From: Candidatus Micrarchaeia archaeon
Lineage (GTDB): Archaea > Micrarchaeota > Micrarchaeia > Anstonellales > J096
Assembly (NCBI GenBank): GCA_041500405.1
Contig: JBGQMB010000023.1
Coordinates: 1-14,643 of the forward strand
Length of the DNA: 14,643 nucleotides
Direction: 5' to 3'
In this document: in pieces, positions 1-6,634 of the stretch
How positions within the stretch are numbered: position 1 is the first letter of the stretch
Layout: each line of letters begins with the position of its first letter
Translations under genes and position numbers: made by a program
The notes under the pieces: generated by a model
Seen by the model: the letters and a program-made list of their open reading frames with translations, nothing else
What the model was told of the DNA's origin: nothing
Databases searched by the model: none

Positions 1-2
1 GC

Positions 3-674
3 CTTGGCGGAGGAAGCCAAATCAACCAAACGGGTGGGGGCACGACAACCGTTACCCATCCGAACGCCACGCAAAATGAGACCAACAACGCGTCCAACGG
101 CAACGGCGGAAACGGGGGCTCAAACGACGCAGCAAGCCAGCTTGGTTTATTCTGTTCTAACATTAACCATCAAAATTACAAAGTTACATACAGCATGACC
201 TCGGGAAATACAACTACGACGATGGTGCAGTATGTTAAGGAAAGTAATCATAGGACTGACATGCTCATGGAACAGATAATATACCAAATGTACACACTGG
301 GCAATAAGACCTACTCTTGTTATAAGATATCTGGTATGAGCACATTTACGTGCACAAAGTCGTCAGATGCCAATGAAAGTTCGGCCACGACTACTGTAGA
401 TACTCTTGCCGAATCCGCATACAAGGACAAGGTAGAGTTGCTTCCGGATAAGACAATAGCCGGCGTACCCGCGAAGTGCTTCAGGATAACGCCTGCGGCA
501 ACCACGGGAGAGGAATACGAGACCGGTGTTATAGAGTCCTGCATTTCAACAGATTGCATACCATTGTCTATGTCTCTGTCTGGGGTAAACATCATGACAG
601 CAACCGCAGTTGAAAGGGGAATAGGCGACGACGTCTTTGTCCTTCCGGCAACGCCCACATCCTACGGGCAGTAA
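3..674 (+). CDS. 5'-truncated secreted/surface protein, possibly lipoprotein-like; Gly/Asn/Thr linker followed by a Cys-containing beta-rich domain (DUF4412/LolA-like, tentative)
   Basis: Frame 3 is open from position 3 (LGGGSQINQTGGGTTTVTHPNATQNETNNASNGNGG...) into the 195..674 ORF, so the true start is upstream of the window. Many N-x-S/T sequons (NQT, NAT, NET, NAS, NTT, NKT, NES). Motifs KTIAGVPAKCF and DDVFVLPA. Confidence 0.75.
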   Translation, partial: LGGGSQINQTGGGTTTVTHPNATQNETNNASNGNGGNGGSNDAASQLGLFCSNINHQNYKVTYSMTSGNTTTTMVQYVKESNHRTDMLMEQIIYQMYTLGNKTYSCYKISGMSTFTCTKSSDANESSATTTVDTLAESAYKDKVELLPDKTIAGVPAKCFRITPAATTGEEYETGVIESCISTDCIPLSMSLSGVNIMTATAVERGIGDDVFVLPATPTSYGQ

Positions 675-683
675 TCGCCGAAT

Positions 684-715
684 GGGGCGGATTGCCGCCC
701 CTTAACTTCTTTTTC
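684..715 (+). terminator. GC hairpin plus T-tract terminator between convergent genes
   Basis: GGGGCGG-attg-CCGCCCC (684-701) followed by TTAACTTCTTTTTC; the hairpin begins 10 nt after the stop at 674. Confidence 0.65.
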
Positions 716-718
716 AAT

Positions 719-1975
719 TTAGGCTTTTAGCGCATCCGCCCTTTCCGCGAACTTATCCATAATTTTCTGGTCAAAGTTGACGAGCTTCCTGTTTTCCACG
801 CTTATCCTTCCGTCAACAATCACAGTCTCAACGTTCCTTCTTGAGCCGGAATAAACTATCGCGGTGTAGATGTCCCCCAGCGGAACCATATTCTCCATCG
901 GGTCAATGATGACAAGGTCGGCAAGGCATCCTTCCTTTATCCGCCCTGCGTCAATGCCCAGCGCCATTGCGCCCTCATAAGTCGCGTAGCCCAATATCTC
1001 CTTCGGGTTTCCATACGTTGCGTTCCAATACCTGTGCTTCTGCAGCAATCCCGCCATCTTCATGGTTTCCATCATGTCAAGCGAGTTGTTGCTTGAGGCG
1101 CTGTCAGTCCCAAGCGTGATGCGCGCGCCTGCCTCCTTATACTGCTCAAGCGGCATTATCCCGCCTGTCGCCAGCTTCAAATTGCTTATCGGGCAGTGCG
1201 TTACGACTGTTTTGCTCTTTGCAATGACATTGATTTCCCTTTTTGTCACCCAGGAGGCGTGCGCAAGCGCGGTCTTTCCGTCCAGCACGCCCAACTTGTC
1301 AAGGTACTCAATGGGCCTGAGCTTGTTCCTCCTCAGCGAGTCGAACAGCTCCTTCCTGGTCTCAGCGGCGTGGATGTGGAACAGCAGGCCGTGCTTCCTT
1401 GCAAGCTCCTTTTCCCTTATTATCACGTCCTTGCTGCACGTGTATATGGCGTGGCATCCGACAGCGGGCTTTGCCATCATGTAATCCTTCATGCGCCTTA
1501 TGAATTCTTCCGTCCTCATCGCGTCCTTCTTTGCATGGTCCCTGAGGTCCGCGATGTCGCACGTCAAAAAAGCCCTTGCATTGAGTTCATCCGCGGCCTT
1601 TCCGGCCCAATGTGACTCGAAGTAGTACTTGTCAAGCATTGCTGTTGTCCCTGAAAGCAGGCATTCCGCGATTGCGGCATACCCTCCAAGGTACATGTCG
1701 CCCTTTTCCATCCTCCTTTCTGCAGGGAATATGTCCTCCTTCAGCCATTTGTCCAGCTGCTTCCCCTCAGCAGTGTTCCTCAAAAGGCTCATTGAAAGGT
1801 GGGTGTGCATGTTGACAAGGCCGGGAATGACCAGCTTTCCGGCCGCGTCTATTGTCTTTTCCGCCCTTTCCCTCATTCCCCTGCCTATTTTCGCTATTTT
1901 GTTGCCATCTATAAGCAGATCTGCCTTCAATGCGCCGAAACAGTCGACCAGCGTCCCATTTTTTACAAGAATCAT
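719..1975 (-). CDS. Metal-dependent amidohydrolase, MTA/SAH or 5'-deoxyadenosine deaminase family (MtaD/DadD-like)
   Basis: 418 aa. PGLVNMHTH (HxH), HAIYTCS, HIHAAET (HxxE), AHASW, HCPISNLKLATG, LGTDSASSNNSLDM, GRIKEGCLADLVI. Exact substrate cannot be fixed from sequence. Confidence 0.9.
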   Translation of the reverse strand: MILVKNGTLVDCFGALKADLLIDGNKIAKIGRGMRERAEKTIDAAGKLVIPGLVNMHTHLSMSLLRNTAEGKQLDKWLKEDIFPAERRMEKGDMYLGGYAAIAECLLSGTTAMLDKYYFESHWAGKAADELNARAFLTCDIADLRDHAKKDAMRTEEFIRRMKDYMMAKPAVGCHAIYTCSKDVIIREKELARKHGLLFHIHAAETRKELFDSLRRNKLRPIEYLDKLGVLDGKTALAHASWVTKREINVIAKSKTVVTHCPISNLKLATGGIMPLEQYKEAGARITLGTDSASSNNSLDMMETMKMAGLLQKHRYWNATYGNPKEILGYATYEGAMALGIDAGRIKEGCLADLVIIDPMENMVPLGDIYTAIVYSGSRRNVETVIVDGRISVENRKLVNFDQKIMDKFAERADALKA

Positions 1976-2005
1976 GGCAAAAACCCGGAAAAAAGACCGG
2001 AGGAA

Positions 2006-2104
2006 TCACTTCCCCCTGGATTTAGCTGCCGTTTTCCTTTTGCCGGCCTTTTTTCTTCCGTGCGCTGCGCAGCAGCCGCACTTGCATCCTTTTTCATTGC
2101 ACAT
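2006..2104 (-). CDS. Unannotated 32-aa Cys/His-rich basic micro-protein MCNEKGCKCGCCAAHGRKKAGKRKTAAKSRGK
   Basis: Translated by hand, ATG at 2104 to TGA at 2006. AGGTG lies 5 nt before the ATG, the same spacing as before sufU. TTTAAATA box at 2143-2136. Confidence 0.7.
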   Translation of the reverse strand: MCNEKGCKCGCCAAHGRKKAGKRKTAAKSRGK

Positions 2105-2135
2105 CAAAGCACCTGAAGCACATTCGCAGCGGAAT

Positions 2136-2143
2136 TATTTAAA
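2136..2143 (-). promoter_or_regulatory. TATA box (TTTAAATA) with purine-rich BRE-like GAAAGG, serving the 32-aa micro-protein gene
   Basis: Minus strand reads tgaaagg-TTTAAATA-attcc, about 32 nt upstream of the ATG at 2104. Confidence 0.6.
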
Positions 2144-2228
2144 CCTTTCACAGTTTTCGGGAAAAGTGCGGAGAAGGCCCCACCAATTCCTTGAAAAAAA
2201 TAAAATTTAGATCTTGTATTCAGAAAAT

Positions 2229-2279
2229 TTATCTCTTCTTCTTGCCTTTCTTCTTGGCCTTGCTTTTCTTTGCCATCAT
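2229..2279 (-). CDS. Unannotated 15-16-aa ultra-basic peptide (M)MAKKSKAKKKGKKKR
   Basis: Tandem ATGs at 2279 and 2276 to TAA at 2229. AAGTGAT RBS-like site at 2288-2282, TTTAAATA at 2321-2314, and a downstream T7 tract (2200-2194) as a likely terminator. Confidence 0.65.
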   Translation of the reverse strand: MMAKKSKAKKKGKKKR

Positions 2280-2313
2280 AAATCACTTCTGGTTTTCTTT
2301 TCCGTTTAACTTA

Positions 2314-2321
2314 TATTTAAA
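2314..2321 (-). promoter_or_regulatory. TATA box (TTTAAATA) for the Lys-rich peptide gene
   Basis: Identical octamer to the box at 2136-2143 and at a similar distance (about 35 nt) from the ATG. Confidence 0.55.
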
Positions 2322-2394
2322 TGTTTGCATTATATGCACAGAATTTTTTTGTAAAATGATTAATGTTAAAAGCTTTGCAGCGCAAACGCAACGC

Positions 2395-2919
2395 ATGGTG
2401 CCGATTTTCGCGGCTGCGCTCGCAATATTCCTTTCCGGCCTGTCGTCAAAGATGCTGGACGGGTTCAGCATTGGGAAAAGCGTGAAGGAGATTGCGTATT
2501 TTGCGGCAAATGCAATCTTGGTCTCAATTGGGGCTGTTGCGGCAATCGCCGTTGCCCCGGAAATAATCGTTTCCCTGCTCATTGCGCTTCCGCTCATGAA
2601 CAAGATAGACAAGCTTTCGCTCCAGGCTGCGTACATTGCCGTGTTGGCAATAACAGTTTTGTTCATAGGCGACTTTAGCCCGCTCAACCCGCTGGTGGTG
2701 GCCGCGCTCGCGATTGGGGCCGCGATTGACGAGACGGAACTGCCGTTCATAAGGGACTTCAGGCCTGCAATGCTGGCCGCAAGCCTCATGATAGGGATTG
2801 CGGTGGCCAATTGGGGGCCGCTGCTCGCGATTGCGCTTTTTGACATGGGCTATGCGGTCGCGGCAAGGTTTAAGCCCGACGCCCTGCGCATCATTTTTGC
2901 GGATGCCTCAAAGGCGTGA
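2395..2919 (+). CDS. Multi-pass membrane protein of unknown function (174 aa)
   Basis: Probable start ATG 2395 (MVPIFAAALAIF), with TTAAAA at 2366-2371 in leaderless position. The track's upstream extension is antisense to the micro-ORF and intergenic DNA. About 6 hydrophobic segments with charged motifs KMLD, KID, DE, RP, FDMGY. Confidence 0.7.
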   Translation: MVPIFAAALAIFLSGLSSKMLDGFSIGKSVKEIAYFAANAILVSIGAVAAIAVAPEIIVSLLIALPLMNKIDKLSLQAAYIAVLAITVLFIGDFSPLNPLVVAALAIGAAIDETELPFIRDFRPAMLAASLMIGIAVANWGPLLAIALFDMGYAVAARFKPDALRIIFADASKA

Positions 2920-3780
2920 TATTACCATCGCCAGCAGGCCTATCGCCATTGCGAAAAGCGTTAGCCTCTTTATTTTCGCCGCCTCTGCCCGGCATTCTCC
3001 GGCGCAGAAGATGCATCCCATAAGCGCGTACACTATTATAAGATATGCAAATGTAAGCGGGATGAGCGCAATCGCCCTTATCTGCTGGAATACGCTTATC
3101 AGGAAGAAATATGATATAGGCACAAACAGCATGAATATGAGGCCCGCCAGCATCATGCTTTTCTTGGGCCCTATCAGCACAGGAAGGGTGTTGGAGCCCC
3201 TTGCGGCAACGTCGCCCTTGTAGTCCTCGACGCTTTTGACTATCTCCCTTGCGAAGCCGATGACGAACGCCACGCAGAACAGGTATATCGATGTGGCGGT
3301 TACAGTCCCGGCAAATGCGACCTCGGCGAAAACGAACGGTATTCCCATTGTGGTCCCTATGAACATGTTGCCAAGCAGCGGGATGTCCTTCATCTTATAG
3401 TTGTATACTATGCCAAAGGCCGCAAAAACCGCGGTTATCAGCAGGGCCTCGCTGTTTATGAACGCAGAAAGCAGTATGCCAAGCAGGATGCATATCCCGG
3501 CAACGGCCCTTGCCTCAGGCTCGGTAACGTTTCCGGTCACAATCGGCCTGTCTTTCCTGTCATTCAGCCTGTCGGTCTCAATGTCCAGCACGTCATTCAG
3601 CGCAAAAATGCCCATTTCTATTAGGAATGGGACCAGCATGGCGCTCAGGAACAGCAATGGCGAGATTTCAGGCACGCCCAAAAGCAGGAACCCTATCAGG
3701 ACAGCGGCGGAAAGCATTATCCCGTGCTCAAACCTGGTAAGCCTGCCGATTGCCAGTGCTTTCTCAACAATATCATGCAT
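2908..3780 (-). CDS. Digeranylgeranylglyceryl phosphate synthase (UbiA prenyltransferase family)
   Basis: NDVLDIETDRLNDRKDRP (first Asp-rich motif), YNYKMKDIPLLGN, and REIVKSVEDYKGD...TLP (second motif typical of DGGGPS). Multiple TM helices. Confidence 0.85.
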   Translation of the reverse strand: MHDIVEKALAIGRLTRFEHGIMLSAAVLIGFLLLGVPEISPLLFLSAMLVPFLIEMGIFALNDVLDIETDRLNDRKDRPIVTGNVTEPEARAVAGICILLGILLSAFINSEALLITAVFAAFGIVYNYKMKDIPLLGNMFIGTTMGIPFVFAEVAFAGTVTATSIYLFCVAFVIGFAREIVKSVEDYKGDVAARGSNTLPVLIGPKKSMMLAGLIFMLFVPISYFFLISVFQQIRAIALIPLTFAYLIIVYALMGCIFCAGECRAEAAKIKRLTLFAMAIGLLAMVISRL

Positions 3781-3800
3781 GGGATTGCATTGATTCCAAC

Positions 3801-3845
3801 GGTTTTAAAACCCTTTTTGCGACGCCCAACCCCATCTTTTTTAAA
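3801..3845. promoter_or_regulatory. Back-to-back TATA boxes of the divergent DGGGPS and lemA genes
   Basis: Palindromic GGTTTTAAAACC (3801-3812) lies about 23-30 nt from ATG 3780. TTTTTTAAA (3837-3845) lies about 23-30 nt from ATG 3868. Neither gene has an RBS, which fits leaderless mRNAs. Confidence 0.55.
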
Positions 3846-3867
3846 CGCACCGCAACAACGTGCAACT

Positions 3868-4422
3868 ATGGACATATTGACACTGGCTTTGATTGTGCTG
3901 GTAGTGCTGGTCATCGTTTCTGCGATATCGATATACAACAGGCTTGTCGGCATGAAGAACGGCATAGAGGGCACGTTCAACCAGATAAACGTGGCCATGA
4001 AGAAGAGGTTCGACATGCTGTTTGAATTGGTCAAGTCCACAAAAAGCTACCTGAAATTCGAAAAATCCACCTTTGAGCAGATAACAAAATACAGGGCAAT
4101 GAGGTTCTCGACGCCGGAGCAGGCGCAGAAGGCAGATGCCTTCGCGAAATCCGTGCTTGGCGCGATAAACGTGGCCGTTGAGAACTATCCTGCGCTCAAG
4201 GGAAACGAAAGCGTTTTGGAGATGCAGCGCGCCATAAGGGAGATTGAGGACGAGATTGCGCGCATCCGCTACCTTTACAACGACCAGGTGCAGAAATACA
4301 ACACAACGATTGAGCAGTTCCCGACCAATATCTACGCGATGGTCCTTGGGTTCGCCAAAAGGGCGTACCTGGAGTTCGAGACCGAGATAAAGGAAAGGGT
4401 CGACACCACTGTATATGAGTAG
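3868..4422 (+). CDS. lemA: LemA family protein (184 aa)
   Basis: Start ATG 3868 (MDILTLAL). N-terminal TM, then YNRLV...QINVAMKKRFD, VAVENYPALKGNE, EDEIARIRYLYNDQVQKYNTTIEQFPTNIYA. Confidence 0.92.
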   Translation: MDILTLALIVLVVLVIVSAISIYNRLVGMKNGIEGTFNQINVAMKKRFDMLFELVKSTKSYLKFEKSTFEQITKYRAMRFSTPEQAQKADAFAKSVLGAINVAVENYPALKGNESVLEMQRAIREIEDEIARIRYLYNDQVQKYNTTIEQFPTNIYAMVLGFAKRAYLEFETEIKERVDTTVYE

Positions 4423-4430
4423 GCGCCAAT

Positions 4431-6581
4431 ATGGCAGACCACGCGGCTAAGCCGGAAAAACTGGACGGCACACTCAGCATCATCCTGGAGAGCTTCCTTT
4501 TTGTCGTTTTCATCGGCTTTGCTGTCGCGTCCTGCCTAATTATTGACGCCGTTTTCTCGCCCTACGGCCTTTTGGCGGTCCTGCTCAAGTTTGTTCTGGT
4601 ATCAATAGGCCTTTTTGCATATTGCAGCATTTCCAGGCTCAAGGCAATAAGCTGGGCAATAGGCATCATGGCGGTGGGATTCATTGCCTTGCTGTTCACA
4701 GGCGTTTTGTTCATTGTGCCTCCGGAATATTGGGCATTCCTTGGCATTGTCTTCATAGGCGGCATAATGCAGTCCAAGCTCCATTCTTCCTTCCTTAACA
4801 GGGAAACTGACGAGCTAAAGGTTTTTGCCGCAATAATATTGGTTGGCCTGTTTGCGCTTGTTGGCGCCTATGCCTTGAACGAGATGTTTGCCGGCGCAAT
4901 AAGCATCGGAGGAGGGGACAGGGTTCTGTTCCAGGACATGCGCGTCACGCTCTATGACGATTCCATCCTTATAGACAGGACGCTCCAGTACAATATAGCA
5001 GAATCGGACTATCATGAGCTGTATATTTCCGTAAATAGGGACGGCCAGCACGAAATAGCGCTCCAGTCTGCGTCGTGCCCTTCCGGATTTTGGTTCTCTG
5101 AAAAGGATTATGGGGATTATGTGGAATATATTTGCAGGAACGACAATGGAATAGCGCCCGGCGCATACACCGTGAAATTTGCATATTCCGTATCCAATCC
5201 GTACAAGGCAGGAACGGACTTTGCGGACCTGGACTATATTGTTTTTGATACGTTCGGGATGGAAATAGACAAAACACAGGCCAGGTTCATTAGTGGTCTC
5301 TCAGCATCAGCAATCAAGGAGATTTTCACGTATCCCGCTGGCCAGGCGTCCAATAACATAATAACAATAGGCCGCATTGGCGCAGAGACGCCGTTCAGCG
5401 TGCGGGCGCTTGTCTCCAACCCAAGCCAGCTTTCCAGCTACAAAAGCCTTGATTATGCAGTCAAGCCGGAGTTTGACAGGGTAAAGGCGGCCGCCTCGCT
5501 GGACAAGGCAGTATATGATTACAGGCTGCTGATTTTTGCAATATTTGCCGTTTGCTTCACAGGCGCGCTTTATGCATTATACCTGATATTCGGCAAGGAG
5601 CAAAGCGTTCCGTTCGACATAGACACGCTGCATACTGTTCCGAACGAGAAAAGAAAACCGTGGGAGGTCAACCTGCTTTTTGTAGGAACGCCCAGCCAGA
5701 TGGACAAGAACGCCCTTTACGCAACCTTGATGGACCTTGAGGCACGGGGAATAATAAAGATAGAGAGCGAAAACAGGATATTGTATAACGGCGTACCGAA
5801 AGGCCAAACCCTTGACGAGTATGAAACGCTCGTTGCGAACCTATTTTCCACATACGGCGCCAAGTCCAAGGACGGAAAATGCGTCTTTGATTCAAATTCA
5901 ATAAAGTCCGACCTTTCGTCCAACAGGGCGCTTGCAGCCGCATTTGCATCTGAATTCAGGAAGATTTCGGAATATCCCAATATCAAGGACAGCGCCAAAT
6001 ACGGCAAAGACCTTTTGGAATCGGCATTCGACCAGAAAGGGTATGACGCCGCAAAGGCCTTTGTTTCAGGTTCCATCCTCATATTAATATGGCTTTTTGG
6101 GGGGGCCTCATCCGCATATTCATGGAGCATCATATTCCCGCTCGCGGCATTCCTTTCGGCAATGCTGATCATGGTAATAGCATTTTCAGAATATCTTTTT
6201 GGAAGATACACCCGCGCAATGATTGAGGAAAAGCGCAAATGGGACGCGTTCTCAAACCTGCTGTCAAACTATGGCATGATACAGAAATACGGCAAGGAAG
6301 AGATCCTGATGTGGAAAAACTGGCTTGTGTACGCCACGGCGCTTGGCGTTGCCGAAAAGGCGATAGAGCAGATGAAGCAATACGGAAAAGGCATGTCAGA
6401 CACTGCGGAAACGGCATATGTTGCGTTCAACAGGACCATGAGGTTTACGGCAATCGGGTTTTACGCGCTGAACAGCCACGCGATTGCAATGTCTCCATCC
6501 AGGCGCGGTGGCGGCGGTTTTGGAGGAGGCGGAGGGTTTGGCGGCGGTGGATTCGGCGGCGGTGGCGGCGGAGCCAGATAA
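4431..6581 (+). CDS. DUF2207-type membrane protein with Gly-rich C-terminal tail
   Basis: ATLMDLEARGII, KWDAFSNLL, WKNWLVYATALGVAEK and terminal GGGGFGGGGGFGGGGFGGGGGGAR. Lies 8 nt downstream of lemA, a familiar pairing. Confidence 0.85.
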   Translation: MADHAAKPEKLDGTLSIILESFLFVVFIGFAVASCLIIDAVFSPYGLLAVLLKFVLVSIGLFAYCSISRLKAISWAIGIMAVGFIALLFTGVLFIVPPEYWAFLGIVFIGGIMQSKLHSSFLNRETDELKVFAAIILVGLFALVGAYALNEMFAGAISIGGGDRVLFQDMRVTLYDDSILIDRTLQYNIAESDYHELYISVNRDGQHEIALQSASCPSGFWFSEKDYGDYVEYICRNDNGIAPGAYTVKFAYSVSNPYKAGTDFADLDYIVFDTFGMEIDKTQARFISGLSASAIKEIFTYPAGQASNNIITIGRIGAETPFSVRALVSNPSQLSSYKSLDYAVKPEFDRVKAAASLDKAVYDYRLLIFAIFAVCFTGALYALYLIFGKEQSVPFDIDTLHTVPNEKRKPWEVNLLFVGTPSQMDKNALYATLMDLEARGIIKIESENRILYNGVPKGQTLDEYETLVANLFSTYGAKSKDGKCVFDSNSIKSDLSSNRALAAAFASEFRKISEYPNIKDSAKYGKDLLESAFDQKGYDAAKAFVSGSILILIWLFGGASSAYSWSIIFPLAAFLSAMLIMVIAFSEYLFGRYTRAMIEEKRKWDAFSNLLSNYGMIQKYGKEEILMWKNWLVYATALGVAEKAIEQMKQYGKGMSDTAETAYVAFNRTMRFTAIGFYALNSHAIAMSPSRRGGGGFGGGGGFGGGGFGGGGGGAR

Positions 6582-6582
6582 T

Positions 6583-6633
6583 GTTCAATAATTGAACTTA
6601 ATGGTTTAAAAATTGTCCTTTGCTAACGTTAGC
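6583..6633 (+). promoter_or_regulatory. sufS promoter: TATA box flanked by two perfect palindromes
   Basis: GTTCAAT-A-ATTGAAC (6583-6597), TTTAAAAA (6605-6612), GCTAACGTTAGC (6622-6633), then ATG at 6635. Confidence 0.55.
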
Positions 6634-6634
6634 T

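Noticed and set aside
4..198. 64-aa ORF suggesting a frameshifted or split gene with 195..674
   Set aside because: Frame 3 is open from the window start directly into 195..674, so 4..198 is an off-frame shadow.
1062..2210. Several plus-strand ORFs (1062..1484, 1196..1615, 1629..2210, 1799..2116)
   Set aside because: Antisense shadows of the amidohydrolase and micro-ORF, with no motifs or start signals.
2104..2286. 60-aa minus-strand ORF (MIYDGKEKQGQEERQEEE...) whose TGA overlaps the ATG at 2104
   Set aside because: It is the shifted reading of the Lys-codon run, starts at a GTG inside the RBS-like site, and runs through a T-tract and TATA box. The TGATG overlap means it is disfavoured rather than fully excluded.
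2191..2394. Phe-rich N-terminal extension of the membrane protein in the ORF track
   Set aside because: It is the antisense of the Lys-rich peptide plus AT-rich promoter DNA. ATG 2395 has a correctly placed TATA-like box.
6505..6575. GGC/GGA-rich repeat as a possible tandem repeat or G-quadruplex element
   Set aside because: Explained by the Gly-rich tail typical of DUF2207 proteins.
6583..6597. SurR binding site upstream of sufS
   Set aside because: The SurR consensus is GTT-n3-AAC. Here the spacing is GTT-n9-AAC, so the regulator is left unassigned.
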